Assembly: GCA_020137815.1 (NCBI GenBank)
Contig: CM035356.1
Coordinates: 4,340,001 to 4,404,000 of the forward strand
Reading direction: 5' to 3'
Source of the DNA: Hormiphora californensis
Taxonomy: Eukaryota; Animalia; Ctenophora
DNA: 64,000 nt
Part shown: positions 45,270 through 57,332 of the stretch, piece after piece
How the letters are laid out: the number at the start of each line of letters is the position of its first letter
How positions within the stretch are numbered: position 1 is the stretch's first letter
Program-made: the position numbers and the translations under genes
The notes under the pieces: generated by a model
Databases searched by the model: none
What the model was told of the DNA's origin: nothing
Seen by the model: only the letters and a program-made list of their open reading frames with translations

Positions 45270-47985
45270 CAAGTGCATGGACAGTTGAAAATACAACAGA
45301 ATATCGCGAAAAAGGACAAAAAGAAACTATATATAGAAAGGGGCAAGAGAAAAAATGCATATATGGTCAAAGCTGAGCGGGGAAAGATAATCGAAGGGTC
45401 AACATAGCCAAGCAGTAGTGCAGATGTTGAAGACCGGTTCCTCCATTCCAGTTGCAACCGGCTTTGCAATTACGAAGAGCAGCAAAGAGGAAAGTGTATA
45501 AGACCCAAAAGGAAGACTTTAGAAAAGTTTGAAAACACATTGAATGCGAACCAAAAATCATCATAATGAAAGAATAAATATAAACAAAATAAACTTTGAG
45601 CACAAGTTTCGACACATTCGAACACGGAGCGAAGGATGTGACTGGTCAGAAAATCGAAGAAGAGGAAATGCTGATTTTTTGATCAGGACCCCAGATGTAC
45701 TAGGGGGTATGAAGGAAAAACTCATTTGATCAAGGAGGCCATTGTATAGTAATATTTTTATAATGTCGCACGACAAGAAAAAGAAAAGGTGTGCGCAAAG
45801 TGTGATAGTTGCCAGTTGCCGCACCTACAAAGAACCCAAAAAAGCTGGCTAAATCTTGCCTGGGCGAACTATACAATTAAGCCCTAATATTCCTTGTAAG
45901 AACATAACAACAAACACCTACAAAGAGTTGTCAAAACCAATGCTCGAAGATCAAAATGAGGGTAGTGATGAAAGGGGTTTGGGTTGCACATTATTATCGA
46001 TGAAATTTTCAATGGTCAGTAATGTTTATGATCTGTTTATACACCTGCATTACACAAAACCTACTCTGCGGCTTATGTGAGTATTGGATACGAACGACAA
46101 AGGGTTGTTTGGAGGAAGGCAGTTAATAGTATGTGGAGACCTTCTGCAAACTATACCACAACTACCCGCTACGCAACTAAAAACCCCAGTTATATGGCAC
46201 CAAAAAACCAGTATTTCCACGCCAATACAGCTCCAGCGAATAAAGTACGAATGCTTACGGGTCCGACTCCGGCGGGGGGGCCCCATGAATTTAACAATTG
46301 GAAGAACTAGAACTTTCTATTCCAAAGGAGTTGACAATTAATCAACGACAATGGGACAAAAGGAAACCATTGTCTATAGGGGAATTTTAAGCAGAAGGAG
46401 AAGGCTGCGAATAGCTGCGACTTACAAGTAAGAACCAAAAGACATTGAATATTAAGTCACGGAATGCTGCCTCTAACGCGGCACTCCAAAACCTAAGCGA
46501 AAGACAAATAAGACAGCCTTGGGGATGAGCTAGTACACGATATCTGATAGAAAGCAAAATGGAAAAATTAGTGGTGTCTATGCCCACCACCCGAAAAATG
46601 GTAGAAGACAGTTTTTTCACAAATTCAACGGCTCTGTACTGTCAAAAAAGAGTTTTAAATGTTCAATCATTCGAGCCATAGACGATATTTCGAGTAAGAA
46701 AAATGGTGTTAAGTCGAGAGACCACCATACAAAGAGCAATTCGAAAAGTTGGATTAAACATACTGACTACCCAAGATTAACAGCAAACAGGTTAGAAAAA
46801 GGATCAAGATGACATCGGAGTACGAGTAATGTCGCGGAAAACTAATGTTAAAGCAGGATAACAAATGGAAGTAGTCGAACTGTGAAGAAATAGTTTAAGA
46901 TGAAAGACGGGAATTGCTCGAAACTACTAGTGCAAGTTGATGGGATGAAAAAAGTACAGAACTGGGGAGGATAAATCGTGATATGGTATATTCTATCTAA
47001 ACGCAATCTTCTAAAACCTGTGAACAGTTCCCAATACTCTACTCTAGCGTATGCATTACATTCATAAATGCCAGGATTGTCCTTAGAGTCTGCATATATT
47101 GATATAGGCAATACAGTGTTTGCGCCAGGGCAGGCTTATGTTGCGTTGTCACGGGTAAAAAGTCTCGCTGGTTTTACATCTAATAAATCTATCTACTTCA
47201 AGTATGAAGGCAAACAGAGATGCTCTAACTGCATACCGCGTATTAGGTAGCAAAGGTATAATAGGTGAAAAGAAAAAGAAGACAATTCTAAAGAATTATG
47301 GTGAAGAGAGAATATGGTATCCGACAGAAGGGGCAGATAAAGCTAAAAAGAGGATCACCGAATTAGCAGATGAGGCAAACAAACAACATAAGAAGAAAAG
47401 CGAGAAAAAAATAGGAAAGAAAACTGGGGAACCGAAAAACAAAAAGGGTCAAAACTGAGTACGTTGTTATTGCAGACAAAGAAACAAAGGGTACAAAGAA
47501 GTCAAAGCAAACACAACTGGAATCTTTCGAATGTTTGTATGAAACTGTTACGAAAGACGATGACATGAGACATATATGTTCTCGCAATGTTTTAGAAAAC
47601 CTTGAAGAAAGTGAGTTCAACGAGGTGTATGATGCCCTGATAAAGCCCTACTATGAAGCAAAATCTACTGGGAGGGCCGACGAGTGCATTGCGATTGAAC
47701 CCCGACCCACATGGAACAGAGCCATTTGAGGATAAATGGTTGTCCGATGAAGATCTTGAGCTGTTTACCTGGTACCATGCAAGACTACTTAAAGGACGAA
47801 GAACTGGCAGGGAATCCTTCAATAAATATCTTCAACTTCGGAGGTTGTGTAGACCATGCGTATATGAATAGCCAGCTGAATACTAGCGCCAGAAAAATGG
47901 AAAATTACATCAAACGAAAATATGCAATGACACGTTTATCAAAGCACACGACAGATACCCAAAGAAGAAGACCATATGATGTTAT
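45270..47985 (+). pseudogene. Partial duplicate of the Helitron helicase region (corresponds to ~41806-44288); indel-ridden 5' part, near-identical 3' part
   Basis: Starts caagtgcatggacag and ends ccatatgatgttat; ORF fragments 47068-47992 repeat parts of ORF 42907-44790. The error pattern resembles unpolished long-read sequence. Confidence 0.85.
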
Positions 47986-48060
47986 ATACTGAATACGCCT
48001 GGAAGGTCTAGGAATAACAGTCTGTCGATCGTTGAGCCCGGTAGTGAACGGAAAACGAAA

Positions 48061-48843
48061 ATGAACGATGAGGCAAGCGAGAAGGTGAATGCTGACGATC
48101 CGACTGTGCTGGAAGCACTGGCCAATCTCGCGAAACTGCAGAAGGAGGCGGAAAAATTCCCAAACGAGTGCGAAACTACTTGTATGTTGCTCAAGGAGGG
48201 TAGGTGTCCTCATGGCATATCTGGGAAGAAATCTGCTGACGGTAAGGATAGGTGTGACTTTTTTCATCCGAAACTATGTGTTCCCTGGGGGAAGAAAGGA
48301 GAGAAAGGTTGTGCCAAGGGTCCGGAATGTAGGAAACTACACAAGGCTATCTGTAGCAGAGCAATAGAATCCAAGGAATGTTTTGAAAAGAAATGTTACC
48401 TTGTTCACCCCAAAGGAACCAACAGGCGAAGGCCAAGGGACCAGGTGGGGCAAAAGAAAGATAGAAGAAAGAGTGAACGTGGACCTTCCCAGGAAGGAGG
48501 ACGAACGGAAAAACCGTCCTTCGCAACGGGGAAAAACAAGTCCAATGATAAGAAGCCTGGCAGTTCGCTGGGACGAAACGGTAAACCAGGCGGTAAACCG
48601 AACGCAAAATTCACTCCAGCTAAAAGTCAGGGTGATTTTTTAGCTATCAAATCCCTTTTGGAAAAGCTTCAGAAGGGAATGTCGGACATAAAAGGGGATC
48701 AGACACAAATGCAGAAACCTGAAAACTCTGAGAGAGCAATCAAGAATGAGCTGCTCAATGGGAGGTCTTCGGGTCGGATCCGGCCACGGGTGCTGCAGTC
48801 CCAGGCGTGTTATTACACGCCCAATCCTGCACCCAGTGCATAG
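48061..48843 (+). CDS. LINE ORF1 with tandem CCCH-type zinc fingers and a C-terminal coiled coil
   Basis: C....GRCPHG...CDFFHPKLC....GC.KGPEC.KLH..IC......C....C..VHP.G, directly upstream of the APE remnant. Confidence 0.7.
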   Translation: MNDEASEKVNADDPTVLEALANLAKLQKEAEKFPNECETTCMLLKEGRCPHGISGKKSADGKDRCDFFHPKLCVPWGKKGEKGCAKGPECRKLHKAICSRAIESKECFEKKCYLVHPKGTNRRRPRDQVGQKKDRRKSERGPSQEGGRTEKPSFATGKNKSNDKKPGSSLGRNGKPGGKPNAKFTPAKSQGDFLAIKSLLEKLQKGMSDIKGDQTQMQKPENSERAIKNELLNGRSSGRIRPRVLQSQACYYTPNPAPSA

Positions 48844-51463
48844 GAGTAATGTGCTGTGAATTTGTCAAGTCCTCAGGGAGGATGTGGAGTCAAATCCCGG
48901 AGAGGTACCCTTCATAGCTGTGACAGAAACATGGCTTAAACCAATAACGTTGGAAACTTACAAATTCTAAATGGGATGGGGAGAAAGTAGGGTCTAATCT
49001 ACCGTTGTGATCGGAGATACAGGACAGGGGTGGGGCGGTGTTAATGCCTGCTGACGTCTTTGATCTACCGATAGACGAAGCATGTAGCTTTGGATAAAAG
49101 ACAAGCTGTCAGCTGTTAATAATGGTGCTCCTCAATCCCAAGCAAGTGGGTATTGGGGTACTACTGTACACAGATCACCATCCGCTTCCGGCTCCAGGTT
49201 AGTGATTTTAGGGCGTTTTGTGCTGGAGGTACCAGACATTTTCAATTCAATTTCATTCATTCATATTTAAAGTTCATCTAATTTCATCGAACAGAGCCAG
49301 ATCAATGTTGTCTGTCTATATGGGGAGAATTTTAATGTACCCTGAGGATCGCTGCTTGGAAATCACCTGAGGCAAACAAACCCAAGAACAGCAAATAAGT
49401 GATGGCACTGCTTAGCTTCACTGAGGACAACGCTGCTTTCTCAATTATTGATGACCATCGAGAGCAGCAGCTACTTGGATTTTGGTTTTCATCATCAATT
49501 CTGAGAACACTGGTTATAACGTGTTAGGAGCAAAGGAGACTAGGGTTTTCGGCCCACAAACCCTATTGGAGTTTGGTGTGACTACTCGGAATCCGTGCTT
49601 CTGCAGCCAGGGAAACGTGCACCCCCCCTCAGTTTGCTCCAGCCTCAGTTTGCTGCTGTGAGTTTCGTTTTCACTACTTGGATATGTACAAAATCAGATA
49701 CAGAGGCAATAATAATACGTGAGGGAGGTAAAAAAAGGTTGATTTGGGGAAGCTGTAATTCGGAGTCGTAAGTGCAACCACGGAAGAGCTTCCCTCCTTC
49801 CCTCCTCCTTCCTCGAGTATCAGATATATTGTTCCCGATTGCTCAATTCATGCCCTAGGAGAAACCGAAAGGGGGAGGAGGCCAAAGCCTTGTGCAGAAA
49901 ACTTTCTCGAAAAAAAAGAGCTAGCTGCGAAAGGCGTCTCGCACTCTCTTGGAGAAAAAGATACTCCAATCAGTCAGCAGATTGAAGCTCTCCAAAAGAG
50001 GATCGATGTTCTTTATAATATTATTGGGAAATCCGGGATGCTATCCTGGATGAGAATATAAAGCAGGAAAAACTGGCAGTTGAAAAGATCAAAACAAAAC
50101 GCCAATACTTCGAACAAGCTACGCCTAAAGCGTTTCGTCGCTCGTCGCTGGTGACAGCAACAGTATCCTTCTCGGCGTTACTGGAGAATCTGGGCGATTG
50201 ATCACTGATAGAAAGAAATTGTTGGAAGAGCTTTGTCTAGGCAATTCAAGGCTGTTTCAGTGAACCCGGAGGAAGCTGACTTAAACACATGACACGATAT
50301 CAACGTTTGCGCGTCAATAACACCTGTTCAATGATGTTTACTTTACAAAAAACAGTGAAAATATCCTAGATATGCTATCAATGAGATGAAACAGCGGATG
50401 CAGCTCCTGGTCCCGACGGAAATACCGGCCATACTGCTGAAACGCTGCGGCTGAAGCGGTGCACAACAAACACCCACTTGTAACCTGATGTGGACTAGGG
50501 GTCGCTAGGGAGGGAAAGGTATTTGTTCCATCACGTCCAATGGTGTCGCTTGTCCACCCCCCCCCTCTACAGAAGGGTAAGCAGGTCCTCAGCTGGCAAA
50601 TTAATCGCCCTGGGTCTCTCTGACCGATCATACCACAATTAAGGTCTTCGCGCGAGAGTCGTCGGAAAAAGCTAAGTGAAAACAACCCATTTTGGAGAAA
50701 AATAGCTTTTTAAAAAACGACAACATTCAAACATGGATTTAGGCGTGGGAGAAGCTGCCTCACTCTGCTGCCGCCTCACCCGCTGCTTCCTAGATCACTT
50801 CGACAACATTCCAGAGTAATGCACTCGTGGCATGGAACTGACTCTTGTACCTTGATTACGCTAAGGGCTTGATCGAGTTGAATCATAACATCTTGATTAG
50901 AAAGCTTGAAGCTCTAGGTACATGAAGGTCTCGTGACATTGATCCAAGTCTTTCCTTGAAGGAGAGGCAGAGAGTCACGGTGGATGGATGTCCGTCGTAG
51001 CCTGTACATGTTAAGAGGCGGAGTTCCCCAAGGGTCAGTTGGGTACCACCCCGATTCTCTTTTTAAATCTATCTGAATGATATCACAACGGTTTGTGTTC
51101 AAGGAATACACTGGGGGGGCGGTGCTTTGCAGATGACACACGAATCATGAGAGTATTGGATGAGAAATGGTATGAAATACTCCCAACGGTACCTGATTCG
51201 TTACCGAGTTGTCAACTGAGAAATAACATAAACTGCATACGGATAAGTTTGAAATTCCTACTCTGTCATGCGTTTTCCGTACCATCTCATGCACCATCTC
51301 CTTTTACTGATTATATCTTGCAGCTCAGCACTTCAGGAGCAGGGCTGCTGAAACCTAATGTCCTCCTCGGTTAAGGATTTGGGCGTGCTTGTTCATTCTG
51401 ATCTAACCTGGTCCGGTCACATCGCTACCATCGCCGAAAAACGCTAAGAGGAAAGCAGCCTGG

Positions 51464-52078
51464 GTGTTTAGTGTGTTCAGGACCAGGGATAGAGGGGTTA
51501 TGGTAACCCTCTACAAGAGCATGGTAAGAAGCCTGCTGGAATACTGCTGCCCTCTTTGGAATCCTACCAAGATCCAGGATATCCAGGTTTTAGAGGGGGT
51601 GCAACGCTCCTTCACCAGACGGATCTCTGAGTGCAAGGGGATGGATTACTGGCAGAGACTGCAATACCTGGGCCTTAGCTCCCTGCAGCGCAGGAGAGAG
51701 AGATACTCCATTCTCCACATGTGGAAGATCATGCACGGCCTAGTCTCCAATGACCTCAAAATAAGGTTCACAACTGGAGGCCGACTTGGAGTTCGAGCTG
51801 TGGTTCCCAAATTGACCAAACTGTCCACTATGGCCAAACAGACAGCATATGACGGATCCTTTGCTGTTATGGGACCACGACTATGGAACTGTTTACCTGC
51901 AAAACTTAATCAAATTGACGAGTTCCAGGTATTCAAAGTTCAGCTGTCAAGATACCTGACGTCGTTTTCGGACTGTCCCCCAGTTACGGGATATGTACGA
52001 AGCTCCAGGAACTCTTTACTAGACATGAGACTGAACGACGGGGAGTTGCAAGCAAGCGATACCCCGGTCGGAGTGTAA
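51464..52078 (+). CDS. C-terminal intact fragment of LINE ORF2 (post-RT region)
   Basis: CR1-like motifs LYKSMVRSLLEY, LEGVQR, LQRRRER, RLWNCLP. Confidence 0.75.
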   Translation: MFSVFRTRDRGVMVTLYKSMVRSLLEYCCPLWNPTKIQDIQVLEGVQRSFTRRISECKGMDYWQRLQYLGLSSLQRRRERYSILHMWKIMHGLVSNDLKIRFTTGGRLGVRAVVPKLTKLSTMAKQTAYDGSFAVMGPRLWNCLPAKLNQIDEFQVFKVQLSRYLTSFSDCPPVTGYVRSSRNSLLDMRLNDGELQASDTPVGV

Positions 52079-52374
52079 ACGGCGGCGAATCATCAGAAGT
52101 AACCAGAAGTAAGAAGTAAGTAAGAGAGAGAGAGAGAGAGTGAGAGAGAGAGAGAGAGATAGAAGGCATGGCTTGAAGGGAGGGGCGTTGGTAAATTCTC
52201 GTCAAACAAAGGACGGTAGTAAAGATCCAAAAAATTCAAACCTGCACACGACAAAGTTAAAAAGACGAGTTGCAAGTGTCAAGCTGCAGGAGAGGAGAGG
52301 AGAGACTTGCAGAAGAAGAGATTAGAGGAGGGAAGGGGTTGAAAAGAGAGAAATAGAGAAAAAAAGAGGGAGAG

Positions 52375-52474
52375 NNNNNNNNNNNNNNNNNNNNNNNNNN
52401 NNNNNNNNNNNNNNNNNNNNNNNNNNNNNNNNNNNNNNNNNNNNNNNNNNNNNNNNNNNNNNNNNNNNNNNNNN
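52375..52474. other. Assembly gap (100 N) with low-quality, homopolymer-distorted flanks
   Basis: N run; 52475-53050 and ~55870-56760 show inflated homopolymers. Confidence 0.98.
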
Positions 52475-53719
52475 GGGTTTTAAAAGGTGTATTGTTACAA
52501 TTCTATTTTTAACCCAATCAACCTCCTTCCCCAACTTTTCTAAAACCACCCCAGAGCCTTTTCCTTCCCCGGGGTTCCCAAAACACACCCTTTTTTTCCC
52601 TTTTTCTTTCCCCTCTATGTATTATTTTCCCCTTTTTAAAACTTGCCCTCCAATCCCGCAACCCTTTAAAAAAGGGGTTGTTGCACAAGGGAGTGGGGCG
52701 AAGAATTTCAAGGACTTACTGGTGTTTTTTTGTACCTCTATTTTGGGATAATTAGAGGAGGAGAGAGGGGGAAAATCACCCCGGGCCCCCCCTCTTAAAA
52801 AAAGGGGGGGGCCCCCCCCCTTTTCCCGGGGGGTCCCTTTTCCCCCCCCCTACCCCCCCTTTGTTTTTCCCCTTTTCCCTCGGGGGGCCCCAAAAAAAAA
52901 AAGGGGGGGGGGTTTTTTATGTAGACTCCAAGGGTTTGTTTTGGGTTAACTTTTGGGGAACCCTTTGATTTTATAAAAAAAATTTTTCCTTTCTTTTCAC
53001 GACCAATTTTTTCACAAAACACACACACCCCCACCACCTTGTTTATCAAAAATCATAGTAAAATGCTGTTTTTACTCAGTACTCGGGTTACTGGGAATAT
53101 AAACATACTTAGTTTCTTTTTAGTTGGTAACATCTGGATTGGTAACGAATTTACCCCTCCCAGAGGTGAGAGGTACGAGGGGTAATTTAGTTACCAAAAA
53201 CATACGGTGGTGGTGGCCTCCGATGAAAATAACTTTTCTCGGTTCCTAACTTCGGTTTACAGGTAAGGCTAATAACACCATACCAAGTTGTTAATACGCT
53301 TAGTGCAGTACATATATATGTATTTTTAGCGACTTTCTGTATGCGAAAAATTCCTTTCGAGAACTGAAAAGAAGCATTGATTTGAGAGACGGACTAAGGA
53401 GAAAGAGACAGAAAGATAGAAAGAGAGATAGGGAGAGAAAAGAAGATAGATAATTTCTGCATATGCAATATTTGTAGCAGGCTGTAAATGCAAAAAGACG
53501 GAAGAAGTGAGGGTGCAAGCTTGGTACATTTGGTACAGGAAACACGAGACATAAAGATAGAAAGATAGAAAGTGAGATAGATAGAGAGAAGGTAGAGAGA
53601 TAGATAGAGAGAAGTTAGAAAGATAGAAGATAGGGTATTACGTATGGTACGAGTGTAAACATGTTGATGTGATTACAAAGTAGAACCACTCACTGCCACC
53701 TGCTTCATTTCCCTTTCTC

Positions 53720-54025
53720 ATCCCTTCTATCTTTCTCTAAATCCCTATCTATCTTCTCCTCCCTTCTATCTTTCTCTCAATCCCTATCTATCATCTCCCT
53801 TCTATCTTTCTCTCAATCCCTATCTATCATCTCCCTTCTATCTTTCTCTCAATCCCTATCTATCATCTCCCTTCTATCTTTCTATCTTTCTCTAAATCCC
53901 TATCTATCATCTCCCTTCTATCTTTCTCTCAATCCCTATCTATCTTCTTATCCCTTCTATCTTTCTCTAAAGCACTATCTATCTTCTTATCCCTTCTATC
54001 CTTCTCTAAATCCCTATCTATCTTC
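53720..54025. repeat. ~36-38-bp pyrimidine-rich minisatellite
   Basis: cccttctatctttctctcaatccctatctatcatct repeated ~8 times. Confidence 0.9.
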
Positions 54026-54291
54026 CTCTCTTCCAGCCAATCTTGTTCACCCCCTTCCCTTTCTCTCCGTCTCATCCTCACTGTTTTCCTCTTGACGTAC
54101 AGCAGCATGTTATTGATGTGGAAAGATCTCTATTATAACTGACCAGAGATTGCATTCAGAAAGGGAACAAAGGTCAGAGACAAGAGATGTGAAAATCGTC
54201 TTGAAAAGCATGGTGAATGGTGCATGGCAAGAAGTAGGGGTTAGAGAACAAGGGATAGATGAATTTGATAGTCTATATTAATAGAAAAAGA

Positions 54292-54361
<70 letters not shown>

Positions 54362-54744
54362 TAGAGAGAGTGTGGGAGAGGCGACAGGAGCAGAAAGGGG
54401 AGAATGGTGTGGGTTATAACACTGATAGGAGGTTACGTAAGGAAATGAAAAAAGATATTAACGTAAGAACTACAGAGAGGTTGCCAAGCTAGACTGCCAT
54501 TCGCGCGCCCCACAAATGTAAAGGGAGGGTTAAAACATAACAACAGAGAGGGTGTTTGTTTGTTCGTTTGTGTACGACGTCTTAGGAACCTGATTTATGA
54601 GGGTGTAAAGATATCACATTAGTCAGCTTGCAGGAAAAATGCTCACTAATCAGAGTCTCTTCTAGACCGCTCTTTCTCTAGTCTCTCTTGAGGTTCATTA
54701 TTATAAAACAACTCCGCATATTATGTGTAAATGATAATAAACTC

Positions 54745-55305
54745 CCCTATTCATCCCTCCCTCCCTCCCCTATATATCTCCCATCCCTGGCCATCCCTCC
54801 CTTCCCTCCCCTATGTATCTCCCATCCCTCCCTTCCCTTCTCCCCTATGTATCTCCCATCCCTGGCCATCCCTCCCTTCCCTCCCCTATATATCTCCCAT
54901 CCCTGGCCATCCCTCCCCTATTTATCTCCCATCCCTATTCATCCCTCCCTCCCTCCCCTATATATCTCCCATCCCTGGCCATCCCTCCCTTCCCTCCCCT
55001 ATTTATCTCCCATCCCTGGCCATCCCTTCCTCTCCTTCTCCCCTATTTATCTCCCATCCCTGGCCATCCCTCCCTTCCCTTCTCCCCTATGTATCTCCCA
55101 TCCCTGGCCATCCCTCCCTCCCTCCCCTATCTATCTCCCATCCCTGGCCATCCCTCCCTCCCTCCCCTATGTATCTCCCATCCCTGGCCATCCCTCCCTT
55201 CCCTTTCCTCCCCTATGTATCTCCCATCCCTCCCTTCCCTTTCCTCCCCTATATATCTCCCATCCCTGGCCATCCCTCCCCTTCTCCCCTATGTATCTCC
55301 CATCC
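54745..55305. repeat. ~43-bp pyrimidine-rich minisatellite (cccctatgtatctcccatccctggccatccctcccttccct)
   Basis: Visible directly; explains three-frame Pro/Ser ORFs. Confidence 0.9.
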
Positions 55306-56751
55306 CTTACCCCGGCTACTGCGTATGTGATACTCACTCTCAGCTAGAGAGACTGGAATGCTACGAGATTTATATTCCTCATCCCTACACACACAAAAAC
55401 AAAGAGAAATGAAGTGAGTTAGAGTAAGGTCAGATGCCAAAGAATATACCCAAATTAGTGTGTTGCCCTAAGATACATGACATGTCACGTGACCACCCTT
55501 ACTATGTGACAAAGCACTGCACTATTGTCCCACCATCCCACATTTTACCAACCAATATGACATGCCCTGCCCCCTGATACAGAAATTCCTGCATGCAATA
55601 CGTTTCCTATTGTGGATTCATTATGACAGTATAACACTTGGACCCCGATTTACCGGGATGATCGGGGCTTTAATTGCCCGTAATCGGGTCGTTCGCGTAT
55701 GAAATCGGGGTCATGACAAGTATATAATTTCTCAACGATGCCAGATCAGAGTTCTACACCCAATAAGGAAAAATCAAGAGATCCAGAGATCAGAGAGAGA
55801 GAGAGAGGAAACATGTATAAAAATTATAACAGCATTATAAACGTTATATGATCTTACTGCGTTAATGCAGTGGAATAAAGAAAAAGAAAAGAGGAAAGAT
55901 AAGAAAGAAAAAGAGAACAGGTGTAGAAAGGGGCTGGAAAAAGAAGGGAAAGGAAAAAGAATTTATGGGGGAATAGGGAAAAATGGATCTCCCCCCTTTT
56001 TTCCCCCTCCCCCCCTTTTTTCCCCTCCCTTTCCCCCCCTATTATACTCCCAAAAAAACGGGGGCCAAAAAAAAAAAAAAAAAAAAAAAAAACCCTCCCC
56101 CCCCCTTTTAAGGGGATTATAGGCAATCCCTCCCCCTTTTTGTTTCCCAAACCCCCTTTTCCCTTTCCCCTATAATTCCAAATGCACCCCCTGAAAATTT
56201 TCCCAAAAACCTTAAAAACCCCGGAAAGCCGAAATTTTTGATTAAAGTATAAGCCCTTTAATTTTTAAAAGGGGTTTAATTCCTTTTTCCAAAAAAAACC
56301 CGAAAGTAAGGGTTACAAAAAAAACCCAAAAAAGAAATTAAAATTAAAGGGTTGTAAAAAAAAATCTCAAAAAAGTTTTTACCAAAATATAAGTCGGAAA
56401 AAAAAATCAGGTTATTTCAATTTTTTAATGGAAAAGGGGAACCTCAAGGGGAATTCCGGTTTTCGGTAAAAGGGGAAGTCAAGGCTGATTAAAAGTTTTT
56501 AAAAGGGAAAAAAAAAAGAGCAAAGGGAGAAAGAGGGAAGTGGAAAAAGATGGGGGAAAAGATAATAAGAAAAGAAAGATAAGAGGGGAAAAAAGGGAAA
56601 GAAAAAAATTAATAGGAGGGAAAGAAAGGAGAAGAAAAGAGAAAAAGGGAGATAAAAATGTAAAAAAGGGGGAATGGAAAAAAGGGGAAATTAAGGGAAA
56701 GAGGGGAAGAGGGGATTTATTGTTTTGGGGGTTGTAGGAAGATAGAGAGGA

Positions 56752-56807
<56 letters not shown>

Positions 56808-57332
56808 TAGACAGTTGGTCAGTTCACCTCTAATAACCAATCCCCTAAATCACTTCGCTGGCAAGTGCCTCGTGCAGCATAATGTGGGTTTGGGGGCAAT
56901 GAAAATCGTATTCTATACTACCACTGAGAGACCCCTCTTTCCCTCACTCTATAGTACCACTTACAGTACATCCCTCTATCTCTTCCTCTCACACACATCC
57001 CTCTATCTCTTCCTCTGACTTCCATGTCCACTCTCCTGTGAGTGAGCTATGAAGCTACGCTCACCTGTCATCAGCTGCACTGCTTGTACACACACACACA
57101 CATACACACACTGTGTGTCATGTTACTCACATCATGTGTGCTGTAGACCCACATTGCTTGTACACAACACACTATTAACTAGAGTGTGTCACGTTACTCA
57201 CATGTGCTTGTGTAACAGTAGACCCGCCCCACAATACGGCAGTGTATGAATGAGAAGGGTCTATGATGTTAACACATATTAACACATGTTAGCACATGTT
57301 AACACAACATCACAACATCACAGCACATTTAC

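Larger units (their letters stand above)
47986..52123 (+). mobile_element. CR1-group LINE (5' end missing): ORF1 with CCCH fingers, disrupted APE+RT ORF2, (AAGT)n-like tail
   Basis: FIAVTETWL-like at ~48910; GVPQGS at ~51018; FADDTR at ~51125; LEYCCPLWNP..LEGVQR..SLQRRRER in ORF 51464-52078; tail aagtaagaagtaagtaa. Confidence 0.85.

Noticed and set aside
55870-56760. Lys/Gly/Phe-rich ORFs (also 52475-53050)
   Set aside because: Homopolymer-inflated low-quality sequence.
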